A stretch of 41,621 bases of DNA, taken from a virus (lineage: Duplodnaviria; Caudoviricetes). The DNA lies in the IMG/VR virus record IMGVR_UViG_3300032319_000930, positions 1-41,621 of that record. One strand, 5' to 3'. Under the pieces are notes generated by a model that did no database searches, had not been told where the DNA came from, and saw only the letters and a list, made by a program, of their open reading frames with translations. Positions 1-10,700 of the stretch are shown here, piece after piece; position 1 is the stretch's first letter, and the number at the start of each line of letters is the position of its first letter. The translations under genes were made by a program, and so were the position numbers.

Positions 1-98
1 CCGCTGAATTTGGTGAACACCGATGTGAGGGTCGGTCCACCTACCGCAGTGAAGGAAACTTCGTACTGCGCCTTTGTGATTGGACGTAAGATAGCCAT
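1..98 (-). CDS. N-terminal part of a probable structural protein, possibly the tail tube (runs off the window edge)
   Basis: ATG at 96-98 preceded by a strong SD (AAGGAGGT). Reads MAILRPITKAQYEVSFTAVGGPTLTSVFTKFSG. Lies directly after the capsid gene. The F..FSG pattern recalls tail tube N-termini. Confidence 0.5.
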   Translation of the reverse strand, partial: MAILRPITKAQYEVSFTAVGGPTLTSVFTKFS

Positions 99-121
99 GA
101 TAACACCTCCTTAGTGTCCGA

Positions 122-1180
122 TCAGGACAGAATGTCGGTGATCATCGCGCCAGAACCGATAAGACCAGTAGCACCGAGGCCAACCAGGTTGACAACGCGC
201 TCGACGGTGATCTCAGCGCGGACAACGCGACGCTCACGGATGTAGTACTCAGGACGAACGGCAGGGGTGCCGGTGAGCTGGTAAGTGTAAGCGAAAGCAG
301 GAGTAGCAGCATTAGCGCCACCAGCAGGCATAACGGAATCCGAAGGACCGTTGGGGCTGTAGAACAACAGGATGCCGTTCTCAGGGAACACGGGCTGCAG
401 GCTGCCGTTGGTAGCCAGATAACGACCCTCAGCCACGCGCAGACCACGCTCGAGACCGAAGTAACGGGCCAGCATGTCGGTGTCGATGCTGTCAGCGGTG
501 GTGTACTTGATACGCTCAAGGATCGCTTGGTTGGTCAGCAGTTGGTCGAACACGGCTGTACCGACAACCATCGAGTTAGGACGGATACCGATCTGGTTAG
601 CGACGGAGCGCTTCAGAGTCAGGACGTCTTCGATCGGGTTGGAGGTCAGCGAGGACCAAGCAGAAGGACCAGCAGCTGTGGTGTAGCTAGCAGAGAAAGT
701 GGTCCAGCTTTGGAAACCAAGACCGGTCTGGGTACCAGCACCAGCCGAAGGCTCGTAAGGGTTGTAGCTAGCAGCGGTGTTAACTGTAACAGCCTGAGAA
801 ACGGTGTACTCATAGGCGTTCATCAAACGGGACATCGCATTGCGAGTCTCGATTGCGCGCAGGTCAACCTGAGCGGGGCCTTCGCCAGCGTTCTCGATGA
901 CTTCTTCGGGAAGTTCCCAAGCCACAACTTCCTGCTCGAGAGCATAAGGCTCAGAGTCGTAACGGCTCTGAACGTAAGGAATGTTGGTGCCGTAGGCGCG
1001 GCGGAAGTCATTGATGGCGAACTGCTCTTTGCCGAAGCGCAGAATGCGGCCAGCACGAGTAGGGGTGTCAACAACGGGGGCAATAAAGTTGGCGATATTT
1101 GTCGCCGGCAACATGAAACCTTGTGCCAGTGTAGTCAGAATCGGATCTACACCAGCATAGGTTTGCTGGAGGTTCATCAT
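122..1180 (-). CDS. major capsid protein (HK97 fold, Mu-like head module)
   Basis: 352 aa. N-terminal VDPILTTLAQGF, FGKEQF, W......NPIEDV, GIRPNSMVVG..VF..L..N..I.ERIKY are typical of this capsid family. Follows the protease, gpF-like and cement genes. Confidence 0.85.
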   Translation of the reverse strand: MMNLQQTYAGVDPILTTLAQGFMLPATNIANFIAPVVDTPTRAGRILRFGKEQFAINDFRRAYGTNIPYVQSRYDSEPYALEQEVVAWELPEEVIENAGEGPAQVDLRAIETRNAMSRLMNAYEYTVSQAVTVNTAASYNPYEPSAGAGTQTGLGFQSWTTFSASYTTAAGPSAWSSLTSNPIEDVLTLKRSVANQIGIRPNSMVVGTAVFDQLLTNQAILERIKYTTADSIDTDMLARYFGLERGLRVAEGRYLATNGSLQPVFPENGILLFYSPNGPSDSVMPAGGANAATPAFAYTYQLTGTPAVRPEYYIRERRVVRAEITVERVVNLVGLGATGLIGSGAMITDILS

Positions 1181-1269
1181 GGGAGGGAGTCTCCGAAATT
1201 AAAATGTCTTCAAATGGTTGCAACCAGGGCTGGGACTTACACCGAAGATGCCCAGCCACCAGTCAATTA

Positions 1270-1731
1270 TCAGGCGAAGGAAACGAGCACGAGCTTGCGA
1301 CCGCCGATGTCCACGAGTTCGCGAATCAACGGGGTTGTGCCGTCCAGAGTGACAGCAACGCCGGTGCTGGAAGCTTGACCCAGTGTGTTGATCTGGAGTT
1401 GGGCGTTCAGAGTGAGGGGAGCGGAAGCGGGATCCTGCTCAACCAACAGCAGGCCGCTAGTGGCGACAGTCAGCTGACGAGCGGTGTAGGGTTGGGCCAG
1501 AGCCGAAGGCATATAAGCCTGGTTGATACCAACGATTGTGGTGGGAGGCACGGTGAAAGCATCACCGGCAGCAGCCGTGTTAGGGCCAGCCCATGTGGAG
1601 TAGGAAACAGCGCGGAGTTCGCCGATTTCAACGGTACCGATAGCACCACCTTGGGTGTTAGAGGGAGCTTCGAATGTTTCGGCGTAACGGATGTATTGCT
1701 TTCCGTAAATTGGTGCGGCGTTGGTGCTCAT
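1270..1731 (-). CDS. capsid cement/decoration protein (DUF2190-like)
   Basis: 153 aa, Ala/Gly/Thr-rich beta-type sequence. Lies immediately upstream of the capsid gene. Confidence 0.6.
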   Translation of the reverse strand: MSTNAAPIYGKQYIRYAETFEAPSNTQGGAIGTVEIGELRAVSYSTWAGPNTAAAGDAFTVPPTTIVGINQAYMPSALAQPYTARQLTVATSGLLLVEQDPASAPLTLNAQLQINTLGQASSTGVAVTLDGTTPLIRELVDIGGRKLVLVSFA

Positions 1732-1818
1732 AATTTTATCCTAAATAGTGGACTTCAATGTTTTTGGTTTACTCTGAGACTGGTTTTGGTACTCAGTTAC
1801 AGGTATCAGTTTTTACCC

Positions 1819-2583
1819 TCAGCGGTATTCAATACCACACCGGCAACGGTCATAGCAACGGCAACCTTTTCCGGGCATCGGGAGTTCTCCTATCGGAGCC
1901 CAACCCTCTTCTCCGTAGTTCTTGCAGTCAATGCAAGTTTTCTTGTCTCTTCGCGCTATTCTACGCATTTCTTTAAATCCTTGGTCCTGAGCAACCATGT
2001 ACTCGCCAAGGCTGTAAAAAGCAAAAGTCGGTGTAGCCAAATACCTGGATACTCGGTCAGCCAACCCAGGCCAACTTTTCCCTTGTGCTCGCCCTTGAGA
2101 AGCTTCTTGAACACCTTCCTCTTCGGGATTGATGCCGCCGATTTCGTCAATGGAGAGATCCATTGCTCCGGGTACCGCACCGAGCAGATTGTAGTCAGCG
2201 AAGTCTACCGTCTGATCTCCGAGGCGAAGTACACCGGAATCGATATACTCTCTGGTCTCTGCCAGGAACTTTGTAAGATGTGGGAGCATGTCGCCAACAA
2301 TAATCGGCCAACATTTTTCCAACTTCTGATCAGTTGAGTTGTCTTTAAGTCCCAGGATACAAGCAGCAAGAGCAGAAACAAGGGTTTTGTCGAGCATTGT
2401 ACGCTCGTACTCGTTCCACTTCATGAGTTTGTCCCGGAGACCCTTCACCAAGCCAAGGGACTCTGCCTGCATCCGTTCTTCCAGATTCGGCTGCTCTTTG
2501 TATTTTTTCGCTAGAGTTTTGGCCTGTGAGAAGTAATCGGACCTCCTCTTTGTGGCCATTGAAACCATGCTGAGAAGGTCCAT
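1819..2583 (-). CDS. head morphogenesis / minor head protein (Mu gpF-like)
   Basis: C-terminal Cys motif DKKTCIDC...GWAPIGELPMPG..C.C..RCRC. Located in the head module. Confidence 0.65.
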   Translation of the reverse strand: MDLLSMVSMATKRRSDYFSQAKTLAKKYKEQPNLEERMQAESLGLVKGLRDKLMKWNEYERTMLDKTLVSALAACILGLKDNSTDQKLEKCWPIIVGDMLPHLTKFLAETREYIDSGVLRLGDQTVDFADYNLLGAVPGAMDLSIDEIGGINPEEEGVQEASQGRAQGKSWPGLADRVSRYLATPTFAFYSLGEYMVAQDQGFKEMRRIARRDKKTCIDCKNYGEEGWAPIGELPMPGKGCRCYDRCRCGIEYR

Positions 2584-2591
2584 TATTTACC

Positions 2592-5354
2592 TCAGGAGAA
2601 CATTGTTTTCTTCAATGCTTCCACATAATCCATTTTGCCTTCGGACTCTTCCACCATACGCAGTGCTTTAGCGTGGGGGTCCAAATCCTGCTCCGAATAC
2701 TGGAAGGTGCCACCGGCAACTTCCCCGAAGGAAACCATCGGAGGCAGCTTGCTCAGCAGGTTCAGCAGCTTGGTAGCGGCTGTCTCACCTTCGCTAAACT
2801 CCAGAGTACCGAACTCCAGACCTTCACAGTAGCTGATCAGCTCTTGCTCAGGAATGATGCCATCGGTCAGACGACCTTCGGTGTACAGAGCCTCAACGAA
2901 GTTGGCCATGCGGTCACGACGGGCACGCATTTTCTCTTCGGAGTGACGACGCTCCAGCTCAGCATACTTGCTCTTCAGAGACATCAGCTCATCGTACATT
3001 TGCTGAGGGAAGCCCATTCCACGAGCTTGGCTCATTGAGCCCATACCGTACTCCATTCCACAATGGTCAACGGAAAGTTCGTTGTAGTCCTCTTCACCTT
3101 CGTCAACGCCGTCGTCACCTTCACCTTCGTCGTAGGTTGAACCGAAACCGGTTTTGGTGTAGGGGTTTTTGCCTTCCTTGTGCTCTTCGGAGAAAACACC
3201 GCCGGAACGCTTGCTGATTTGGTTAGGATCCTTAACGGTATCCATAGCACCAGGAGTCAGTTGCTTGGCATTTGACTTCTTGCCATCTCCGATGTTCTCG
3301 CGCAGGCTCTCGAGAGAGGCTTCTCCGTAAACACCGCTGGGGCCGGTGATTTGGTTGGGGTCGTCAATGTCGTCCATAGCAGCAGGAGTCAGCTGCTTGG
3401 ATTTGGCCTTGGGCTCACCCCTGTATGACTCAGCGTAGGCACCGTCGGGACCGACGATTTGACCGGGCTCATCGGTGGTATCCATGGCGCCGGGAGTCAG
3501 TTGCTTGCTCTTGGCTTTTTTGCCATCGCCGATTTCTTCGCGGAGAGTTTCCAGATTGGCGTCACCAGAAATGTCGCCTTGGTCATACTCAGCATGCTCA
3601 ACCATTTTGCTGCCCTTCATTGACTTGCGGGCGGTTGTAACACCGTCTTCGCCAGTCATTTCGTCAGCTTGGGGCTCAGCATACAGCAGGTTGTGTGTGC
3701 CAACCGATTTGGCGCGAGCATCAGAGGACTTCTGACGAATAACGCGCATGCTACCGTCAGACATCACATTGACAGTCTGAACAGCAAACACCTCGTCATC
3801 GGGCATTTCTTCCGACTCAGTTGGCATTTTGGTCTCGGTTTCGTCACGACCGTAGGGGTCGGTGCCGTCGGAGATTTTGGGAGCATTTACACCGTAGCTC
3901 TTGGCATCGGTGTCATACTGGTCCATGTTGTCGACACGCTCGTAGTTGTCAGCTTGGCCAGCCCAACGCTCAGCACCGTCGGAAGCCATTTCGGGATCCG
4001 AAGCGGTACGCATACGGTCGGTATCTTGCTCGCCGTTCATGGCGGTTTGCATGCGATTAGCGTCTTGAGCACCGCTCTGAGCGGTCTTGAAGCGGCCAGT
4101 CTCAGCGCCAGCGCCAGCTTTGCCGGTCTTCATGCGGTCGACGTAACCATTGTCGCTAGAGCGGGCAGTCTCATAACGATCGGTGGGATCACCATCTTCA
4201 CCAAGGTCGGTCTTCTTACCGAATTTCACCACGCCGGGGGAGGGGTTAGTCTTGTAAGAGACTTCGTCGTATTCGAGCTCGCCGTGATCGGCAGCCATCT
4301 CGTCCTTTTTGCCTTTGGACTTGGCTTTCATTTTTTCGACGTTTTTCTTAAAAGCCTCTGGCATTTCACCGTGATTAGAAGACAATTTCTTGTCCTCCAT
4401 CTTTTCGATTTCTTCGGTCTCTTGGGCTTCGTGCCCTTTACCTTCTTCCATTTGACGTTTGGCTTCAGCACTGCGGTCAGCAGCAGCTTTGCGTTCACGT
4501 TTTGGTTCTTTGTGAGCTTCCTCGTAGACGTTTTCTACGACTTGCATAACTTGGCCGTTGGCACCTTTGACGTGCTTCCGGCTGATTTGTCCTTGGTCCA
4601 TAAATTCCTCTTCCGGAAAGTGATCTTCGAGGTCAGCCGTCTGCTGAGTAATTTCAGTGCCTTCGCGACCTTTGGTTTTTTTGACTTCAGAGTACTGCTG
4701 ACTTGGATTTGCATCGGAGTTACCCGCTGTTGACCCAGCAGCCCCATCCACTTGGTTTATTTGTTGGTTTTGTGTGTTACCTTGCAGTTCAGCGACTGCT
4801 CCTGAGACGTCCTGACGAACTTCGTCAAGTTTCTCCCGGAGCATTTCGAGAGGACTCTTCTCCACAATGAGTGTGGGGCCGAGCTCATCATCGAAAATAT
4901 CCGAGGGAGCGAGAGCTACGGCAAAGTCGTAGACTCCCTCCGCCTCCGAGAAGGAGAAGGGTTCTAATCCCTTTACTGCCGGAGGGGATGCCCCCAGCAG
5001 TGCAAGGTGGCGAGCACTCCACTTTCCTTTGTGCGGATTGATAGCAGAGTCCGGTGAGTAGAACGAGATCGAAACCTTCCGGTAATGACCGTCTTTCACC
5101 AGATCCTTTGCTGTATCCGTAAAGGCAACGTCGGCATACAGATTGCTCCCCTGCTTGGCGAATCCTTTGATCCAACCGTATGCTGGGGTACTATCGTTAT
5201 CGCCTGCGTGACCGATCACGAGGGGGGCCTCATGGATCGCAGGATCATAGGTTTTAACTACTTGCTCGAGGTCTTTGTCAGAGAAGTTTCTCTGAACACC
5301 CTGAGCAGAGGTCTGATCACCTGCTTTGAAGACGTGGATGCGTTTTGTGAACAC
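2592..5354 (-). CDS. prohead protease fused to a long scaffolding region (Mu gpI-like)
   Basis: N-terminal IHVFKAG, YDP..HEAPLVIGH, PAYGWI, YRKVSISFY, HLALLGASPPAVKGL, then ~600 aa of acidic, repetitive sequence and a coiled-coil C-terminus. Confidence 0.8.
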   Translation of the reverse strand: MFTKRIHVFKAGDQTSAQGVQRNFSDKDLEQVVKTYDPAIHEAPLVIGHAGDNDSTPAYGWIKGFAKQGSNLYADVAFTDTAKDLVKDGHYRKVSISFYSPDSAINPHKGKWSARHLALLGASPPAVKGLEPFSFSEAEGVYDFAVALAPSDIFDDELGPTLIVEKSPLEMLREKLDEVRQDVSGAVAELQGNTQNQQINQVDGAAGSTAGNSDANPSQQYSEVKKTKGREGTEITQQTADLEDHFPEEEFMDQGQISRKHVKGANGQVMQVVENVYEEAHKEPKRERKAAADRSAEAKRQMEEGKGHEAQETEEIEKMEDKKLSSNHGEMPEAFKKNVEKMKAKSKGKKDEMAADHGELEYDEVSYKTNPSPGVVKFGKKTDLGEDGDPTDRYETARSSDNGYVDRMKTGKAGAGAETGRFKTAQSGAQDANRMQTAMNGEQDTDRMRTASDPEMASDGAERWAGQADNYERVDNMDQYDTDAKSYGVNAPKISDGTDPYGRDETETKMPTESEEMPDDEVFAVQTVNVMSDGSMRVIRQKSSDARAKSVGTHNLLYAEPQADEMTGEDGVTTARKSMKGSKMVEHAEYDQGDISGDANLETLREEIGDGKKAKSKQLTPGAMDTTDEPGQIVGPDGAYAESYRGEPKAKSKQLTPAAMDDIDDPNQITGPSGVYGEASLESLRENIGDGKKSNAKQLTPGAMDTVKDPNQISKRSGGVFSEEHKEGKNPYTKTGFGSTYDEGEGDDGVDEGEEDYNELSVDHCGMEYGMGSMSQARGMGFPQQMYDELMSLKSKYAELERRHSEEKMRARRDRMANFVEALYTEGRLTDGIIPEQELISYCEGLEFGTLEFSEGETAATKLLNLLSKLPPMVSFGEVAGGTFQYSEQDLDPHAKALRMVEESEGKMDYVEALKKTMFS

Positions 5355-5389
5355 CGTGTTTATTAGTGACCCATTATGATGTTTTTACC

Positions 5390-6991
5390 CTACTTCTTAG
5401 CCATTGATACAGCCTGGTCTTCGGTGATTTGCTCGTCCCCGAAGGGCTTCTCTTCTTCGTCTTCGTCCGCAAACAAATCTTCAAGACTCATTTCTGGGGC
5501 TTCAGAGTCACCTGGGTCCGGCATTTCGTCAATAACGCTCCCCAGCTCATCTTCTGGTGAGGGTCCTGAAGTCGCGTCAGCTTGTGACTCCTCCGGTGTG
5601 GCACCCGCAGGAGGTGTCATTACATTATCTGCCGCTTGAAGATCTTGAGCTGCTGCCTGATCTTGCCCAGCCGTTGGTTGTTGGGTGGACCCATCTCCGA
5701 AAATAGAACCGAATAAATCTTGATCTTGCTTAGGGTCAAACTGTGTAGACTCTTCGGTTGACGCCCCTTCCTTTTTCTCCTCAAGCTCAACTCGGAAATG
5801 ACGCTCAATCCACTCTTTTTTCGGAGTGTACCCTGACTGAATCATGAGTGAGACATCGGGCATTGTGAGGGGCGACTCCTCAATGCGGAACTCGCGGGTC
5901 AAGGAGGGAGCTGCAACGTCAGTACCAAAGTTCAGGTCAACGATCCAGCGAACCAGGGTTTGCGTCAAGGTGTGTGACAACATCTCTGAGATTTCACTGG
6001 CACGAACCACGCGAATTGAGTTAGCAACTTGCGAAGAAGCTCGGGAACCGGATTCTGCCCGCCCTGCTTCATCCTCTCCGCAGAGAACTAGGGAGATTTC
6101 TTTGTCAATATAGTCGATCAGGGTTTTAAAAACGTCGGGAGACCCAGAAGGAACAACAAACTCAAGCTCGTATCCTTCGGGCAAAATCATTGCCGTTTCC
6201 TGGCTCAGATTGGAAAGATGACCGTAGAGGGTGTCTAGTTCGCGAGTGCTTGCCGACAGGGGTGCTTTTGCAACTACGGTGGGCGTTGCGTAACGGTCTC
6301 CATATAGCACGTAGGATTCAATTGCACGACGGCGGAACTTAACTAGGGGGTAAAGAATGCGGCCGAGGGCAGAACCGTAGGGGTCGCCATTATGCGAGAC
6401 CCAGTAACGGTTGACGATAAACTTCCGTTGGGGTAGCTCAACACCTTCAAACATGCGGTTGAAAGTAAGGCAACGCATTGTGAATCCAGTTTGCGCATCT
6501 TCCGACTCTTGGAAGACGAAGCGACGTTGGTCACGCATGCGAACATCGTAAGGTACCACGCCGCGTTTGGTTTTCTTCCACATGATTTCTCCGACGGAAA
6601 ATCCGGAAATAAGACACTCTGCCATCCCTTTGTATATGTCGTCTAATGGCATCTCTTCCAGAACTTCTGCTACGAAGTCCCGGACTGCCAAATCGCCGGG
6701 TTTATCCGAATATTCCTGCACATACCACGGGCGAGAGGTCACCTCTTGCATCAACTTGCTGAAGCAGCCTTGAACTTGCTCATCGTAGAGAAGCCGTTGG
6801 TATACAACTAGAGCACGGTTCCCGCCTTTTTGGATGAGAAGATCGTCATTTGGGCGTACAATCGTATTCCCCTGCCCTGTGAAGGGAGAGGAACTACCGA
6901 ACATGTATATGGACGATAGGTTGTAGGGGTCGCTCGTATAACGAGCAACCTCACCGGATGGGACTGGTGCTGTCTTAAATCGTTGCGCCAT
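5390..6991 (-). CDS. portal protein (DUF935 / Mu gp29-like)
   Basis: GFSVGEIMW, DPYGSALGR.LY, E.YG..T.VAK, IDYIDKEIS.VL.G, GSRASSQV, LVRWIVDLNFG, plus an acidic tail. Confidence 0.85.
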   Translation of the reverse strand: MAQRFKTAPVPSGEVARYTSDPYNLSSIYMFGSSSPFTGQGNTIVRPNDDLLIQKGGNRALVVYQRLLYDEQVQGCFSKLMQEVTSRPWYVQEYSDKPGDLAVRDFVAEVLEEMPLDDIYKGMAECLISGFSVGEIMWKKTKRGVVPYDVRMRDQRRFVFQESEDAQTGFTMRCLTFNRMFEGVELPQRKFIVNRYWVSHNGDPYGSALGRILYPLVKFRRRAIESYVLYGDRYATPTVVAKAPLSASTRELDTLYGHLSNLSQETAMILPEGYELEFVVPSGSPDVFKTLIDYIDKEISLVLCGEDEAGRAESGSRASSQVANSIRVVRASEISEMLSHTLTQTLVRWIVDLNFGTDVAAPSLTREFRIEESPLTMPDVSLMIQSGYTPKKEWIERHFRVELEEKKEGASTEESTQFDPKQDQDLFGSIFGDGSTQQPTAGQDQAAAQDLQAADNVMTPPAGATPEESQADATSGPSPEDELGSVIDEMPDPGDSEAPEMSLEDLFADEDEEEKPFGDEQITEDQAVSMAKK

Positions 6992-7034
6992 CCAAATCTC
7001 TCGTACGTTTCCCTAGTTGGTTAGTTTTACCCGG

Positions 7035-7412
7035 TTAGTTCGCGAGTGCGAACTGAAGCGGGGGCTGAGGAACCCCATTGACCGAGTAGACAATGAAAAC
7101 CCGATATAATCCGTCGTCTCCCGCTGTTTGCCAGTCACCTGTCACGCTTAGGTCAGTGATGCCGTCAACATTTTGCAAAATGCTAAACTGAATCGCGGAG
7201 TTGATTTGCCCTGGGTTCAGGATTTCCAGAACATAGTCCCCGATACCATACTCTGCTCTCAGCACTCTTTCAAAGTAACGAGTTTCAACCACGCTACGGA
7301 TCTGCTGTGTGGTGAGAGAATAATCTGTGCTCGTGGCAAGATTACCATTGCTCACCGTAAGAGGATAGGTAATACCCCGAATTGATGGAGATAGTACGAC
7401 AGGAGCACTCAT
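7035..7412 (-). CDS. baseplate wedge / sheath initiator (gp25/GPW-like)
   Basis: GITYPL and IRSVVETRYFERVLRAEYG match the T..GER..RP.FG signature. 125 aa. Confidence 0.7.
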   Translation of the reverse strand: MSAPVVLSPSIRGITYPLTVSNGNLATSTDYSLTTQQIRSVVETRYFERVLRAEYGIGDYVLEILNPGQINSAIQFSILQNVDGITDLSVTGDWQTAGDDGLYRVFIVYSVNGVPQPPLQFALAN

Positions 7413-7690
7413 CTGACATATCTGCGAGAAATTTGAAACTCAAGAGCATTCACACGTTTGCGAACCTCTTCTTTTGTTAAATCACTTTCGATAACTTTCC
7501 GGACTTCTTTTCGAAGAATATCCAGAGTCATCGACTGATAGTATGTGGGATCGACTAACGAGTCCTCTTGTTTCTGATCGGAAAGAAGAGAGAAGCAGAG
7601 TGCCTCAAGTGAAACACCCTGCTCCTCAGCTTGCACTTCCAAGTGAAAAAGGAGAGTCTCGGGTAGCCTGAGGTTTAGGTCCCGGTACAT
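7409..7690 (-). CDS. ribbon-helix-helix (HicB/CopG-like) DNA-binding protein
   Basis: LNLRLPETLLFHLEVQAEEQGVSLEAL is an RHH pattern. Start may be 7690 (MYRD) or 7711. Confidence 0.55.
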   Translation of the reverse strand: MYRDLNLRLPETLLFHLEVQAEEQGVSLEALCFSLLSDQKQEDSLVDPTYYQSMTLDILRKEVRKVIESDLTKEEVRKRVNALEFQISRRYVR

Positions 7691-7710
7691 GGTTTGACTC
7701 TCTAGTTTCA

Positions 7711-10700
7711 TCAGGAGTTAGACTGGCCCAGACCGCGAATGTCGAGCTCTTCCTGCATTTTGCCGATGGCGACGCGGATGAGGTCGATTTGGATGCGCTC
7801 CAGTGTCGGAACGGGGGTCACGAACACCTTGGCGTTCACGATGCCATTCTCGATGGACTCGGGCGGGTTGATGCGAGCATCGCAGATAACCTGGAAGGCA
7901 TCGGCGGGGCGAGCACCAAACAGTGCGCCTTGGACGTACAACTGGTTCAGCACGCTGTTGCCAACCGAGATAATCTGGTTATAGATGACGCCGAAGCCAT
8001 CGATAACATTGAAGATCTGGTTGTCAAAGGCAGTACGCAGAGATCCGTAAACGATGTTGAGGATAACGCGAGTGTTGACGAACTGATACAGTTTCTGTTG
8101 AGCGTCTGCGCTGTTTACGCGAGTGCGACCGCCCCAGATGAACACGGCACTCTGAGGATAACCAGGCAGGGTGCGGATCGCGTTGCAACCTTTCGGGCTG
8201 AGCAGATTCTGCTGAGCGGAGTTGATGGGGATCTGAGCAGACACAGCGTCGGCCAGCTGGTACTTGACGCCAGCAGGCGGGAACTGGTAACCTTCGGAAC
8301 GGTAGCGACGAACAGCCACACCAGTCACATAGGGCGAAGGGGGGATGTACACGCCAGAGCCATTCTTGATCCAGGGACCGTAGTAGGCAATGAAACCGAA
8401 GGGGTTGAAGTAACGCTGCGAATCGTCGAGCAGGCGGTTGACATTGTCAACACCAGCATCAACGAAGGCAGCTTGAGGCACACCATTGAAACCGACACCG
8501 CGCAGGGCGTTGTCAATGATCTCAGTGGAGGTGATAGCGTCAAAGCGCCACAGGGTGGCAGGAACTCCTTGCTCAGGTGTGAACACGAGTTCAACCTGAC
8601 CGCCGTAGCAGGGTTGACCAACTGAGGTCAGGTCGCCACCAAGCGAAGCGGCGGGAACAACAACCCAGCTGTAGTTGCTACCATCGAAAGTGACGGCGAT
8701 TCGATCACCAAGAACAACAGCCGCACCGTTAGGGGCAGTACCAGCAACGGTAACGTCGAAATAGGTGCCAGTAAGAGCGGCCAGTTGAGTGTTCAGCTGA
8801 GCAGCACTTGCAGCGGCAACGACATTAACCGACGCCAAGTTGGTGCCGTAGGTGCCACTGGTGGCAACTACGGAGCCGACGGGACCAGCCAGACTGGCAA
8901 CGGCCAGAGTAGCACCACCGAAGCCAGCGGGCAGAGTCAGACCGGTGTCAGTGACGTCGTAACCTTGGCCACCGTTGTTAACGGCGGCGCTAAAGACCAC
9001 GCCACCAGTAATAGTGATTGTGACAGTCAGTCCAGTGCCAGATCCGAGAGTTACAGGGATGTTGTTGTAAACACCGTTAGCCAGAGTGGGAGCACCACCA
9101 AGGACAACGCTCAGAGTAGCAACAGGGCCAATTGTGCCTTGAAGAGCCCCGTTGTAGGTTCCGATTGCGATCGAACCGATGGAAGGAACGAAGTAGGCTT
9201 CAGGTTGGAAGAACTGGTCTACAGTCGGGACGCAGTATGCGTTCGTGATGGCAGAAACCGGGTTAAGGGTTGGATTGACCAGGTTCATTGCGGGCAAGTA
9301 GCCGCACAGTGAAGTTGCGCTCAGATCTTCACCGTAAGGGGTGATTTGATCTTCTCCAAGAATAACGGCGCTGTTATTCAGGAAAATAGAAGTAGCAGGG
9401 TCAGTAACCGCAACGCCCGAAGGAGCCACAGTCGCATCCAAAGCAGCGTTGAACACAGCATTGGAGTCAAACTCATACTTCCGAGCGCGAACCATCGGCA
9501 GAGTCAGAAGTTCAATCGAGGACACGTTAGTGAGGCCGCGACCCAGAACTTGAGAGTAGAAGATGGTAGGCAGAGTGCTCAGAGTACCGGATCCCCGAGC
9601 GATGAAAGACCCAGCGGTGTAGTTGCCGAGCGAGTTGGCAATAACAAAAGTGTTTGCGGTCAGAACTTTCACCCAGTAAGAGCGGGTCACCAGCTTGGTG
9701 GTGGCGCTTACGAGGTTGGTGGTTATGCCAGAAACTGTGGTTGCAATTGGCTGAGTGAAGAAGATTCGCTGACCGCTCACCAAACCGTGATTTAGCACGG
9801 TAAATAGTGCGGAGCCGGTTGTTACCAGCGTACCGGGGTACGAAGTAATCAGACCAGCAGCGGCAGGGTTGTAGATGGTGCGAGACACCCAGTTAAGGAT
9901 GTAGGACTCGGTAGCATCTTGCAGAGTACCGGGTAAGTGCAGTGTGTTTACACCGGCATTTGCACCAGAAATGTTTTCAATCAGGTCTGAGGTTTGTCCG
10001 TTGATTGTAACAGGCAGATCCCATTTAGGGTCGACGTAGCTCACAACAGCAGTGTCACCGGTAGGAGCAGCGATAACCACCGAACCATTGATGGGCGCTG
10101 CCACGAATTGTGAACCACCAGCCAGAATCACAGCATTGTAGATGTTACCTGCGTCTACAGCGTTGGTAGCTAACAGAACATAGTTCTGAGAGTACTCTGA
10201 GTCAGTGGCCGTGTTATAGGGAGGAGCAATAACGTAGACCTCGGTCCCATTCAAGCTGAAGGCGGGGGCGCCAGAACCAGCAACAGTTACAGCGGTAAAA
10301 TCATTACCACTGTTTGCACCAGTGAAGGATACCTTTTGAATCGGCAGGGTGACGGGCCAGAACTGAGTGGAGCTCAGCTGGAACACACCATTGGTTGCCG
10401 TAGGCACGGCATTGATTGTGTACCTGCCATCATCAAGCAGACCCACTTGAATGCTGTCAGCCACAAGGTTGGCCGACTCGTTCACTGCTGTCTCAGCAGA
10501 TTGACCCGCAACGATAGACTGATAAGTCAGTTTGTCGTAGGTGACATCAGTACCGGTCCACTCGTAAATGGCGTTGTCAACCAGATACTTCAGGCCGGTC
10601 ACTAGATCGGCAGAAGCTTTGTGGGGGGTGTAATCCTGGTACTTATTAACGTCAGTAATCAGGAACGGGCCGGGATCAGCCAGAGCCATCCACTTGAAGT

